From an uncultured Bdellovibrionales bacterium (GTDB lineage Bacteria > Bdellovibrionota_C > UBA2361 > SZUA-149): 64,000 bases of DNA. The first letter of the stretch is position 1. Each line of letters begins with the position of its first letter. The notes below the pieces were generated by a model. The model did no database searches, had not been told where the DNA came from, and worked only from the letters and a program-made list of their open reading frames with translations. Location of the stretch: assembly GCA_965366815.1 (NCBI GenBank), contig CBDUGV010000002.1:758-64757 (forward strand), in the 5' to 3' direction. A program made the translations under genes and the position numbers. Positions 41,799-51,791 of this stretch are shown here, in pieces.

Positions 41799-43398
41799 CT
41801 TCCGTTGCGTCGTCCCCAGGCTCACGATTGACGAAAGAATTGTCACTTCCTTGGGCACGCTCTAGCAATCGAAAGGTGCCGTCATCGCTCACATTGCTCC
41901 AACCCCTTGATTCAAGCTCAGATAGGAGCGGATGTTCTCTTGGGAGTAGGAAGAACCCGATGTCATATTGATCGACTAACTGTTCCCAACCCGGTTTGCG
42001 ATTGAGGATAGTCAGATAGTGCAGAAAGGTGTTGCCAGTCGAATGGAAATCTCCTCGTCCGTCGATAAAAGTTCTTTGGTCCGGATACAATGCCCAATTT
42101 AGAATTCCTCCATGATGATATTCTGTGAAAACGCGAGGAGGTGTCGGGTGTGCCTTGAGGTATTCAGTCGCCGCAATCGGATATCGCTCGGCCGGAATAA
42201 GCCAAGAGGACACCGAACCTGGGGTTGCACCTCGATGTCGAGTAGGAACGTAGTAGGTTGTCCAAATGAAAAGCAGCAGCGATAGAGATGCGGCTAGACA
42301 AATCGGGGAAGGGGCAAGATAGAGCTCAACTCGGGCAGCGTACTTTGCAAATTTGGATTCTGATTCGGCAAATAACTGTGTCCACAGGGAGCAGATCAGT
42401 GGAAGTGAGACAATCATAAAGGCGGGTATAAATCGCTGAATCTTGAACGTAGCAAGGAGAAAAACTAGGCAGGGAATGGCTTCCCTTAATCGGATTTTCT
42501 TCTTTCCAAGAACGCCAGCGCCCAAAGCAATACCGCTGAGCACCATATACACCGCCAAGGCCTGTCCGTAACTCGTATGAAAACCGAGCGGGAGTAGCTC
42601 AATCGTGTTTCGATACACCTCTGGAATCATTCTATCGCGATAGCCTAGAATGTACTTTACTGCATCCAGTCCAAGTGGATGAAGGAAAAGAAATCCGCAG
42701 GCACCAAGTACGACCACTACTGAGAGAAGCCAGATGCGGCGACACATCCAAGCTCGTGGCAGAATACTGCGATGCTTCCAGGCTCGCGCCAGGGCAGTTC
42801 CTGCCGCATCGAGTCCGATCAGTCCGTATCCATATATCACGCCACCATGCGAATTATTCCAGATCCAGAAGAGCGGAATGAGAATCAATACATGCAAATA
42901 GGAAAATCTGTCGTCTTCGTCTGGGCTGCTCAGGAGTAGAGTGGTGATAGCCAAGAACGCAAAACTGAACATGCGTGGTCGAACACTAGTGGTTACCCAA
43001 AGCGCATATACAAGAAAGGGGAGTAGCGCGAGGGTTATGAGAGCCCAGCTACCGCGCCTGCTGTTTTGGATCAGATAACAAACGATAACTATTGCAAAGA
43101 GAATTGTTGCAGCATTGATCGCCGAAGCGAACCCATTGACTAAAAAGATACGATAGAAAATGAGCTGGGCTAGCCAATTGATGTTTGTCCAGGTCAGGTC
43201 GCCCGTTGTAAAGCAGAAGGGATCAACGCGGGTGAGTTGGCCTAGCTCGTGGGTGACACGACCTGAGGCTAAGTGCCAGAATATGTCGTAGCCACGGACA
43301 GTTCGTGTTGCGACGAAGCTGAAGAACCCCCAGATCACTACTCCACTAAGGAAAAGCGCCAGGAGGGCCTGATTTAGAAAAATCCGCCTAATACGCAT
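41788..43398 (-). CDS. Large polytopic membrane protein with C-terminal soluble domain (putative GT-C-type glycosyltransferase)
   Basis: ~11 hydrophobic helices followed by a ~150-aa hydrophilic C-terminus. Family not recognised by eye. Confidence 0.45.
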   Translation of the reverse strand: MRIRRIFLNQALLALFLSGVVIWGFFSFVATRTVRGYDIFWHLASGRVTHELGQLTRVDPFCFTTGDLTWTNINWLAQLIFYRIFLVNGFASAINAATILFAIVIVCYLIQNSRRGSWALITLALLPFLVYALWVTTSVRPRMFSFAFLAITTLLLSSPDEDDRFSYLHVLILIPLFWIWNNSHGGVIYGYGLIGLDAAGTALARAWKHRSILPRAWMCRRIWLLSVVVVLGACGFLFLHPLGLDAVKYILGYRDRMIPEVYRNTIELLPLGFHTSYGQALAVYMVLSGIALGAGVLGKKKIRLREAIPCLVFLLATFKIQRFIPAFMIVSLPLICSLWTQLFAESESKFAKYAARVELYLAPSPICLAASLSLLLFIWTTYYVPTRHRGATPGSVSSWLIPAERYPIAATEYLKAHPTPPRVFTEYHHGGILNWALYPDQRTFIDGRGDFHSTGNTFLHYLTILNRKPGWEQLVDQYDIGFFLLPREHPLLSELESRGWSNVSDDGTFRLLERAQGSDNSFVNREPGDDATEAKK

Positions 43399-43627
43399 GG
43401 TGCCCTAGGAATTAAAGCGTTTAGTAGCTGAGAAACATCATATGACTACCTCTATTTTCCTATGCGCGGAAGAGAGAATTGTGCTCGTATTATAAAGTTG
43501 TTTCTTTGGGTAGCTGAGCATCGAACTTTCTGGACAACAAAGGGTGTTTTTCTAGTGCTATGTTCGGGCTATCTCTGACAAGGCAATTTCAAGTACTTGA
43601 ATTCTTGACTAATTCCAAGGCGAACAA

Positions 43628-44626
43628 ATGAGTAGGGGCCTACAGTTCATTTCAGGGATTTTCATAAGCATCCTAACACTTGCGGTAGTTATCTATCTCG
43701 CGGATTGGAGTGGAGTTGGCGATTCATTGGCTCAAATCGAGCTGTTCTATCTAATTCACGTACTGATCGCATTACTGGCGAATTTCTTTTTGCGGGCAGT
43801 TCGCTGGAGGTTCCTGCTTCCGAGCATTGAAGAGCCTCCTTCGATTCGATTGTTGTTTGACTCGATAGTGGGCGGGGCGATCGCGTCGATGATTTTTCCA
43901 CTTCGTGCAGGAGAATTCGTTCGCCCTTATATTTTGAGCCGATTTTCACGGCAGTCGTTTGGATCGTCGTTTGCGTCCGTGGTTATTGAACGTTTTTTTG
44001 ACCTGCTGTCAGTAGTTCTTACCTTCGTATGTTTAATGTCTCTCCTAAAGACGATACCTGACACGGTTTACATTGCAGCACAGGGTTTGGCTCTTATTGT
44101 TCTGATGCTCCTATTTTGTATATTGATAGGGAGCTGGTTTCCGTCGAAGATGTTTCTTTTTGCTAGAGTAATCCTGCAAATTCTCCCACTGAACCCGAGG
44201 GGAAAAATCCTAATTCTCGTAGATGAGTTGCTTTCAAGTTTTGCTATCCTGCACGACCTACGCCGTTTCGCAAGTGTTCTGATTCTGTCGATTGCTGTTT
44301 GGTTCACAACAATTGCTTCTTTTTGGTATTATCTCTCATTGTGCGGTATTGAGCCGACTTGGATCTTTGCGGTAGCTCTTGCCGTGTTCATAGCATTATC
44401 GATCGCTGTGCCGAGCGCCCCAGGATTTGTTGGCGTATATCAGGCTGGATGCCTGCTCGCGTTTAGCGCGTTTGAACAGGGAACTGGGCCCGCAGTTGCT
44501 TTTTCAATTGTTTCTCACGTTGTTGGATATGCACTTGTCTTCTCCATTGGCATGAGCATACTTTGGTACCGCGGCCTATCTTTATCCTTTCTAAGAGGAT
44601 TACAAACTAGGACGACTGAGCAATGA
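43628..44626 (+). CDS. UPF0104 / lysyl-PG-synthase-TM-like 'flippase-like' membrane protein
   Basis: 332 aa, ~8 TM, conserved AVPSAPGFVGVYQAG segment typical of the family. 4-nt overlap with the downstream GT-C-like gene. Confidence 0.5.
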   Translation: MSRGLQFISGIFISILTLAVVIYLADWSGVGDSLAQIELFYLIHVLIALLANFFLRAVRWRFLLPSIEEPPSIRLLFDSIVGGAIASMIFPLRAGEFVRPYILSRFSRQSFGSSFASVVIERFFDLLSVVLTFVCLMSLLKTIPDTVYIAAQGLALIVLMLLFCILIGSWFPSKMFLFARVILQILPLNPRGKILILVDELLSSFAILHDLRRFASVLILSIAVWFTTIASFWYYLSLCGIEPTWIFAVALAVFIALSIAVPSAPGFVGVYQAGCLLAFSAFEQGTGPAVAFSIVSHVVGYALVFSIGMSILWYRGLSLSFLRGLQTRTTEQ

Positions 44627-46398
44627 GAATTTTTCGCGCAGCACTTTTCTCTGTCTTCGTTAATTTAGGCAGTGCTTTTGTGCTTTTGCGGTTCGGCGCA
44701 CTGCACATTCTTTCGTTCTCAGGAGTAGACGAACTTGCCTATCTACCCCAATCACTGAAACTCGCAAGTGGGCACCCCCCAACTTTTTTTCATAAAGAAC
44801 TCGATACGCCTTATGTGCCAGGAGCAAATCTCCTAGATAGCCACTCCACACCATTGGACATTGCGGTGGGTTCTCTTGGCAACTTGTTGGGGTTTGCCCC
44901 GGCTGAGCTTGGATTTGCTCTCGATCTCATTTGTGTATTTCTCTGCTATTTATTGTTTTCCAAGTTCTTTCAACTCTTTGCGGAGAATAAATTGTATGCC
45001 GAAGTTGCAGCCATCATTGCCTTAGCTATTCCGCGCCTCTTTGCGATAGATGGACTCTTTCTTCTTCCATCACCATTTGGTGAATTCGTTTTGAACGAGA
45101 AAATCTCAGTGACTTCAGCCTTGCCTTTCGTCCGGGGCGTATATACGCAGCTAAGTTACCTTTTTTATCCTATGGTGCTCGGACTAGGCAGCTTTGCCAT
45201 ATTGAATAGATACAATCTTCGAGCCTTTTTCTTTTCCGGTTTGCTCGCTGGATTGAGCATTCATCTATATTTTTTTGCATGGGCAGCTGGATGCCTGTTA
45301 ATCCCTGTCACAGCCTGTATATACTTTTTAGGTGCTCGCAATTGGAGGGAGGGTGGTTGGCGCAGCTTTTTGTTTGGCATGCTGGTCTTTGGAATTGCTT
45401 CACTTTCCGGCTCGTTGTTAGGCCTCTATTCGATTCTATTTGGTGCCGGAGGGTTGACGACCGTCGACGCTCCTGAAGTAGGCTGGTATTGGTATTTTTC
45501 GCCTGAGGTATTCTTCCTATTGGTCTCCTGTCTCTTGTGTAGTTGGTTCTCAACGAGCCTATCTCCAAAGGGCCGGCTTATTGCGAGTATTTGTGCCGGC
45601 TGCTTTTTTCTTCAGCTCTTTTTTATGAATGCACAGGCTGCGCTTGGAGTAATTATTTCCCCGTTTCGCATCGTATCCATCTATCTCCAGCCAATCGTGA
45701 CAGGTTTGTTTACGATAGTAGTATTTCGTTTTTTGGAAAGATTTCAATCGAATAGATTGACCATGGTAACTGCGTGCCTGCTTCTTGCAGTTGTTTTTGT
45801 TCCTGCTACAAGAAAACACGTTGAGGCGTACCATTTTAAAGAATCTTGGCTTGATTATGAGCTCTCCAAGTATTTAGTGGAGAACACGGAAGTCGATTCC
45901 GTTCTGGCCATTTGGCTTACCACCGGAGTTCTCGATTTTGTACCGGAAACCTATCCCCTCCGTTTGTTACCGACTACAGTGGCGGCAACTTCCGGTCGGC
46001 CTATTCTTGCACAGAGCTGGATAATTCCTCGCGGGCTAGATCTTGCACAACTGACAGGTCGCGAGCTTCTTCTCGGATGGCTTTACACGGGAACTCCTCG
46101 ATTCGCTGTGCCTTGCATCGAAAAAATACCTTTTCCGGGCGATCTACTAACCCTCACTTGGACTGGTCATTTGCACATAAGAAAGAGCATGTGTGAATTG
46201 CAAGAGAAGAAAAAATTGGACAAATGCGTGCTGCTCAATTCGTTTACAGTGGACTATGTCCTCTGGGATCTGGCCAACCGATCAATTCCCACAGAAGTAG
46301 AACCGTTTCTCTCGAAAGTATGGCAGTTTTCTGAAGGAGAAGCCGTGCTATACAGATTCGACCAAGACGCCGCGATTCGCACGTTGTGTGTCGAGTAG
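44623..46398 (+). CDS. Polytopic GT-C-like glycosyltransferase (PMT/ArnT-like) with DE motif in first extracytoplasmic loop
   Basis: 591 aa, >10 TM, GVDELAYLPQS after TM1, C-terminal soluble domain. Confidence 0.45.
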   Translation: MRIFRAALFSVFVNLGSAFVLLRFGALHILSFSGVDELAYLPQSLKLASGHPPTFFHKELDTPYVPGANLLDSHSTPLDIAVGSLGNLLGFAPAELGFALDLICVFLCYLLFSKFFQLFAENKLYAEVAAIIALAIPRLFAIDGLFLLPSPFGEFVLNEKISVTSALPFVRGVYTQLSYLFYPMVLGLGSFAILNRYNLRAFFFSGLLAGLSIHLYFFAWAAGCLLIPVTACIYFLGARNWREGGWRSFLFGMLVFGIASLSGSLLGLYSILFGAGGLTTVDAPEVGWYWYFSPEVFFLLVSCLLCSWFSTSLSPKGRLIASICAGCFFLQLFFMNAQAALGVIISPFRIVSIYLQPIVTGLFTIVVFRFLERFQSNRLTMVTACLLLAVVFVPATRKHVEAYHFKESWLDYELSKYLVENTEVDSVLAIWLTTGVLDFVPETYPLRLLPTTVAATSGRPILAQSWIIPRGLDLAQLTGRELLLGWLYTGTPRFAVPCIEKIPFPGDLLTLTWTGHLHIRKSMCELQEKKKLDKCVLLNSFTVDYVLWDLANRSIPTEVEPFLSKVWQFSEGEAVLYRFDQDAAIRTLCVE

Positions 46399-46526
46399 CC
46401 ACCACCGTAGCAGGATTCGTATTGGCAAACATTAAGATAACCGATAGGTTAGCCAAGACGGCTTTGAGCACATAGGACCGCATGCGTGTCGAACAGCTTT
46501 TAACCCATCTATGAAAAAATTCTGAA

Positions 46527-47570
46527 ATGACGACTCAGCCAGACAAGCTTATTCTCTCACTCGTCACTCCAGTGTATCGGGGTGAAGAGTACCTTGAAAA
46601 ACTGGCTGATTCTATCGATGCGCTACGCAAAGAATTTGAGCAAGAAAATGCTCCGATTGAATTGGCTGAGGCAATTTTTGTCGACGATAGTTCGATCGAT
46701 AATTCCGACGAAGTACTTCGAATGTTAGAGCAGAAGTATTCTTGGGTCCGGGTAATTTACTTGTCGCGGAACTATGGACAGCATTCTGCAACTATTGCTG
46801 GGATTCTCCATTCGGTCGGTGATTGGATTGCGACAATTGATGAAGATTTACAACATCATCCGGTAAACATTCCATTGATGCTCGCTCAGGCAGTGAGAGA
46901 AAGCCAAGACATAGTATACGCGAAACCGATTGATGCAGTGCATGGCTCTTGGTATCGAGATGTCTCCTCTCGTGCAATTAAGTGGTTTGTAAGTATCTTG
47001 GTTGAAAACGATAATGTAAGAAAGTTCAATAGCTTTCGCCTCATTCGTGGCAGTGTGGCGAGGGCTGCTGCCGCGGTGGCATGTCACGATACATATTTCG
47101 ATATGGCGCTTTGTTGGTTTAGCAATCGAATCACTGGCATTCGACTCAATCTCAAAGATTCGAGGTATCAGCAAGAAGCGGTCAGTGGATATACGTTTCG
47201 CGCTCTGATGGCTCATAGCAGACGCTTGTTAATTTCTTCTCCGAGCCGACTTCTTCGCATGAGTTCGGTGTTTGGAATTATGGCACTGGCTGGAAGTTTG
47301 GTCGTAGCTGTTTTCATTCTTTTCTCAAAGCTTATGTATCCCGATACAATTACGGTGAGTGGTTGGACCACATTAATGATCTGGGTGCTCTTCTTTGGTG
47401 GCCTTACTTCGTTTATGTTAGGAGTAATGCTGGAATATTTTTCAGTAGTCGTACTTCAGGTTCAGGGCAAACCTTCTTTTTTCGTAATCGATCGCAGTAG
47501 TGACTCGATATTAAACAATTGGATCGCTCGGATCCCTCAGCATGCAAATCTTGTGTCAAAAATCGAATAG
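46527..47570 (+). CDS. GT2 polyprenyl-phosphate sugar synthase (GtrB/ArnC/DPM1-like) with two C-terminal TM helices
   Basis: GT-A N-terminus LSLVTPVYRGEEYL, FVDDSSIDNS (DxD), NYGQHSA. C-terminal TM pair. Confidence 0.75.
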   Translation: MTTQPDKLILSLVTPVYRGEEYLEKLADSIDALRKEFEQENAPIELAEAIFVDDSSIDNSDEVLRMLEQKYSWVRVIYLSRNYGQHSATIAGILHSVGDWIATIDEDLQHHPVNIPLMLAQAVRESQDIVYAKPIDAVHGSWYRDVSSRAIKWFVSILVENDNVRKFNSFRLIRGSVARAAAAVACHDTYFDMALCWFSNRITGIRLNLKDSRYQQEAVSGYTFRALMAHSRRLLISSPSRLLRMSSVFGIMALAGSLVVAVFILFSKLMYPDTITVSGWTTLMIWVLFFGGLTSFMLGVMLEYFSVVVLQVQGKPSFFVIDRSSDSILNNWIARIPQHANLVSKIE

Positions 47571-48507
47571 CACTTCAGCTGGCTATTGTGTTGTCTTGTT
47601 TGGACTAGGCTTGATTGGCTCGGAGATCTCGCTTCAGTTGAAACGATCGGGGGCAGAGCTCTGTTTTGAACAAAGGATGCCTTGGTTGGATCATTCGCGA
47701 TACTCTCAGATACTGCAGCAACTCGAAATACAGTTGGGAAGTATCGCCACAGAAGCTAATCACGACAGACCTCGCAATCTGAAGTTTCTTTGGAGCGCGG
47801 GCAAAGCAGGTTTTTCTGCAGGCGAGAAAGACGCAGAGATAGAATTGGCGGTCTTTCAACGATTCTTGAGAAGCGTTGAGTCGATAGAACAAAAGGGTTG
47901 TTTTTCTAGCGTTTCTGTTATCTTGATTAGTTCAATCGGCGGATTGTTTGAAGGGCAACGGCTTGTTTCGAGAGGATCAACCCCGACGCCTTTGCGGCCC
48001 TATGGGGATCTCAAATTACGTCAAGAAGCCTGTATCGCTGAGCTACCTAGGACGATCCGACACCATATTCTACGGGTGACCTCTGTGTATGGCATACCGC
48101 GGACGGGACAAAGGCGTGGACTCATCCCTACATTCATTGTGAACGGTCTGACACAGCGGATCACGAATATTTCGGGTTCGTTGACGACACTGCGCGATTT
48201 CATTTGGAATGCTGATATCGGCAAAGCCGTATTGCAGATTCTTAGAGAGCCGATCGACGGAGATAGAATTAGCAGCAACACTCATGTGCTGGCGAGTGCT
48301 AAACCTTCATCTATTATGGAGATTCAGCAGGCTGTGGAGGAAGTAGTCGGGCGAAAGCTATATATTGCATTGAGTTCTACTCCCTCGAACATGGCAGATA
48401 TCAGTGTCTCGCCGAAATTAACTGCTCGTTTTTTTTCTAGCTCGGAATTGAGAGTTTGTGTTCGCAATATTTACTTGGATATTGTTCGCTCTGGTATGAG
48501 TATATAA
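47542..48507 (+). CDS. SDR-family reductase, RmlD (dTDP-4-dehydrorhamnose reductase)-like
   Basis: GLGLIGSEI Rossmann motif. PLRPYGDLKLRQE resembles RmlD YxxxK region (P.N.YG.TKL.GE). 29-nt overlap with the upstream GT2. Confidence 0.45.
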   Translation: MQILCQKSNSTSAGYCVVLFGLGLIGSEISLQLKRSGAELCFEQRMPWLDHSRYSQILQQLEIQLGSIATEANHDRPRNLKFLWSAGKAGFSAGEKDAEIELAVFQRFLRSVESIEQKGCFSSVSVILISSIGGLFEGQRLVSRGSTPTPLRPYGDLKLRQEACIAELPRTIRHHILRVTSVYGIPRTGQRRGLIPTFIVNGLTQRITNISGSLTTLRDFIWNADIGKAVLQILREPIDGDRISSNTHVLASAKPSSIMEIQQAVEEVVGRKLYIALSSTPSNMADISVSPKLTARFFSSSELRVCVRNIYLDIVRSGMSI

Positions 48508-48524
48508 CGAGGAATGTAGAGAAA

Positions 48525-49541
48525 ATGGCCCTCTCTTGTCGCGTATGCCACAATGCTGATGGAAACCTCTCATACACTTTGCGAGAGATGCAACTTGGTA
48601 TGCGAGATACCTTTAGCTACTTTCAATGTGCTGAATGCCAGTGTATGCAAATTGTTGAGGTTCCTGAGAATCTCGAGAAGTACTATGGGGAGGGGTATTA
48701 TTCTCTTTCTCCAACCTTTGATAGTCCACTGCAAAAACTCTTTTTTGCTTTCGTGGCACTCTTTGCGCCGTTTATCCGAATTGCGATTGCGAGTAGAGGT
48801 TGGTTCGGCAGATCTCTTCGAGAAATTCTTGGACGACTCGATCTGCGACTCTTGATACTTGAATCAGTAAGTCGCTGCAACCTTTCCACTTCATCCCGGA
48901 TATTGGATGTTGGGTCGGGAGCGGGCTTTATATCATACTGTCTTAGGCAAACTGGCTTCGCATATATTAAGGGGATAGACCCTTTCATACAAAAGGATCT
49001 TCACTACCGAAATGGACTTGAGATAGTTAAAGCTGATTTGGTTAATTATGCGCAAAAAACTGAAGAGCGATTCGATGTTATAATGTTTAATCACTCGTTT
49101 GAACATTTGGAGAATCCGAAAGAAGTACTTGATGCAGCAGCTGCTATTCTTAGCGAGGAAGGAACGATTCTTCTTCGTATGCCAGTAATCGATTGTTATG
49201 CGTTTGAAGAGTATGGTGAAGATCTTGTTTCACTCGATGCTCCTCGTCATCTGATAGTTCATTCAAGGCGTTCGACAGAAATAGTCGCCGCAGAATGTGA
49301 GTTAGAAGTTGTTGAAGTGTTTTATGACTCAAACGAATCTCAATTCTGGGCAAGTGAGCAGTATCAGAATGATATCCCACTTGAGGCTCCTGAGTCGTAT
49401 CGACATAATAAGAAAGACTCAATATTCTCAAAGTCCCAGCTGTGCGAGTTTAGGAAACGTGCTCGTGAGCTTAACAGTCAGGAAAATGGTGATTGGGCCG
49501 CTTTTTATTTAAAGAAAAAGCTTCGCTTAAATCAGAAATAG
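48525..49541 (+). CDS. Class I SAM-dependent methyltransferase with N-terminal CxxC...CxxC zinc ribbon
   Basis: CRVCHNADG...FQCAECQC, then motif I LDVGSGAGFISYCL and motif post-I. Start at MALSCRV (ATG 48525). Confidence 0.65.
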   Translation: MALSCRVCHNADGNLSYTLREMQLGMRDTFSYFQCAECQCMQIVEVPENLEKYYGEGYYSLSPTFDSPLQKLFFAFVALFAPFIRIAIASRGWFGRSLREILGRLDLRLLILESVSRCNLSTSSRILDVGSGAGFISYCLRQTGFAYIKGIDPFIQKDLHYRNGLEIVKADLVNYAQKTEERFDVIMFNHSFEHLENPKEVLDAAAAILSEEGTILLRMPVIDCYAFEEYGEDLVSLDAPRHLIVHSRRSTEIVAAECELEVVEVFYDSNESQFWASEQYQNDIPLEAPESYRHNKKDSIFSKSQLCEFRKRARELNSQENGDWAAFYLKKKLRLNQK

Positions 49542-49548
49542 TCTGCTG

Positions 49549-50373
49549 ATGTCTTCTTCATCAATTGTAATACCGGTATTCAATGGAGCCCGCTTTATTC
49601 GGAAAACGATAGAGTCTGTTTTGCTTCAGACACATGAAGATTTTGAATTGCTCATAGTGGATAATGTTTCGACGGATGATACTCTTGAAATTGCTAATTC
49701 TTTTAATGATCCACGAATGAAGGTAATTGCAGAGTCTAATCATGTAAATTTACCTGCTAACTTCAATAGAGCGCTTACCCATGCAAAGGGTAAGTACATT
49801 AAGATTCTTCCTGCCGACGATCTTCTCCATCCAACCTGTCTTGCGAAGCAGTTGCAGTGCTTTGAAGAGCACGCTGACAAAGACATTGCTATTGTCAGCT
49901 GCTATCGAGATATCATTAATGAATCGGGGAAACGATGCGTTCCGGCTAATCCCAAGTTCAAAGGCTTAATTGACGGCAACCATGCGGTTCGTCGAACAGT
50001 TCGAGCTGGAGCCAATATTCTTGGAGAGCCTGGTGCAACTCTAATGCCAAGGCAGCTCTTGATTGATGTTGGTGGCTTTAATGTGACTTTGCCATTTGTG
50101 TCCGACCTCGACCTTTGGTTTCGTGCGCTACGTAATCGAAGCTACTTTGTCTTTCCGGAAGTCCTGACGAGTTTTCGAATTTCACGTTTTTCGATGAGCT
50201 ATGTGCTACAGAGCGAACAAACCAGACAGTACCATCAGCTTATACGAAACGCCGAAGCTGATGCTGACTTTGGGATATCCCTATATGACAGCGTTGTTGG
50301 AAGGTGGAATTCTTTCGTGAGAGCACAGACTCGATGGCTCGCTTATCGCTTGTTGTTGTCACGCCACCATTGA
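49549..50373 (+). CDS. GT2 family glycosyltransferase (soluble GT-A)
   Basis: SIVIPVFNGARFIRKTIESVLLQT, LLIVDNVSTDDT. No TM helices. Confidence 0.75.
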   Translation: MSSSSIVIPVFNGARFIRKTIESVLLQTHEDFELLIVDNVSTDDTLEIANSFNDPRMKVIAESNHVNLPANFNRALTHAKGKYIKILPADDLLHPTCLAKQLQCFEEHADKDIAIVSCYRDIINESGKRCVPANPKFKGLIDGNHAVRRTVRAGANILGEPGATLMPRQLLIDVGGFNVTLPFVSDLDLWFRALRNRSYFVFPEVLTSFRISRFSMSYVLQSEQTRQYHQLIRNAEADADFGISLYDSVVGRWNSFVRAQTRWLAYRLLLSRHH

Positions 50374-51251
50374 ATTGTCTGCTCCAAGCCTTGAGGGAGT
50401 TCGATACTGGGATTCCAACCAAGTGCATCTTGTAAGAGACTCGTATCTGCGGAAATGACATCAGGATCGCCCTCAGGTCGGCTCAAAGCGCCGAAGCTGG
50501 GACCACTGTTAGTGCCGTATAGGTCACAAATAGTTTGAACAACCGTACGTATTGAAACACTTGCTCCTGAGGCTATGTTTACTGCTCCGGTGAAGTTGCT
50601 TTCTAAGAGCCGAACAAGAGCAGAGCCTGCATCTGTGACATGAAGATAGTCTCTCTTTTGAACACCTTCTGAGCAGAGAATCTCTCTACCTTCGATGAGT
50701 GAAAGTATTGTTGCGGCAACAAGTCGCTTGCAATGCTCTCGAGGTCCATACAAGTTAAATAGGCGTGCCCACGCGCATTCAAATCCTGCCCTCTCAGCAA
50801 ACGCTTCGCTGACAGACCGAACAGCGTTTTTACATACGCCATAGAGTGTGCTGGGCCGTAGAGGAGTCTGCGATTCTAAACAGGGTTGATCGGACCACAG
50901 ATATTCGGCACAGGATCCTATTAGCACGGCTCGTGTGCCACCGTATCGAGAAAACGATTCTAGGAGATTTGTCGTCGCAGCAATCCAATGCAAATTCGAA
51001 GTACCATTCCAGAATTCTGACGGCTCTGTTACCCAGGCCAAGTGCAAGAGATGGGTAGGTAAGACTTTTTGTATGAGGGCCTCAACCCCTTTCGGGTCAT
51101 GAAGATTAACTAGGTGATGCGTTACTTGTTGTTGCTCCAGCACAAATGCGTTTCGCGCACAGGTGTGGACTTCCCAATCAGAGGTATTAATTTGGGCGAT
51201 GCAACTATGTCCAATGAAGCCGGTGCCACCGGTAACCAATACTCTATTCAT
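50343..51251 (-). CDS. NAD-dependent epimerase/dehydratase-family SDR (probable nucleotide-sugar 4-ketoreductase or epimerase)
   Basis: VLVTGGTGFIGHS, YGVCK (YxxxK). Last gene of the CDP-sugar operon. 31-nt convergent overlap with the GT2 on the + strand. Confidence 0.7.
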   Translation of the reverse strand: MNRVLVTGGTGFIGHSCIAQINTSDWEVHTCARNAFVLEQQQVTHHLVNLHDPKGVEALIQKVLPTHLLHLAWVTEPSEFWNGTSNLHWIAATTNLLESFSRYGGTRAVLIGSCAEYLWSDQPCLESQTPLRPSTLYGVCKNAVRSVSEAFAERAGFECAWARLFNLYGPREHCKRLVAATILSLIEGREILCSEGVQKRDYLHVTDAGSALVRLLESNFTGAVNIASGASVSIRTVVQTICDLYGTNSGPSFGALSRPEGDPDVISADTSLLQDALGWNPSIELPQGLEQTIQWWRDNNKR

Positions 51252-51260
51252 AACTTCAAT

Positions 51261-51791
51261 CTAAATCGAAAAATCTGCAAACTCTCGATCTCGTCGTGAC
51301 ATAATCGGATCCTGTATCGGCCAGTCGATGTTAAATGTCGGATCGTTCCAACGCACACCGTTTGATGCACCCGGGTCGTAGAGTTCTGACATTTGGTAGT
51401 GAACCTCGGTTTCGTCTTTTAAGGATTGGAATCCATGTGCAAAACCTTCAGGAATATAGAGCGCATTGCGATTATGTTCAGAAAGCTCTATTCCAATCCA
51501 GTTGCAATACGTCTTTGATTCGGGTCGCAGATCAATCACCACATCATAGAGCGCGCCTCGACTGCATCGGACTATCTTAGTTTCGGCTTTCGGTGCATTC
51601 TGAAAATGCATACCCCGTAAGGTTCCTTTGGTTTTATTGAAAGAGATATTACATTGTCGAAAAGAATGGACGAGACCGTGCTCAGCAAATTCTTGTTCAC
51701 ACCAAGAGCGAGCAAAAAAACCTCGTTCGTCTTCAAACTGCTCTAACTCAATTAGAAAAACATCAAGTAGAGCGAGCGGTTTAAAAATCAC
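51261..51791 (-). CDS. RmlC-like cupin, dTDP/CDP-4-dehydro-6-deoxyhexose 3,5-epimerase family
   Basis: 176 aa. RGMHFQ and FARSW motifs of the dTDP-sugar isomerase cupin fold. Confidence 0.75.
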   Translation of the reverse strand: MIFKPLALLDVFLIELEQFEDERGFFARSWCEQEFAEHGLVHSFRQCNISFNKTKGTLRGMHFQNAPKAETKIVRCSRGALYDVVIDLRPESKTYCNWIGIELSEHNRNALYIPEGFAHGFQSLKDETEVHYQMSELYDPGASNGVRWNDPTFNIDWPIQDPIMSRRDREFADFSI

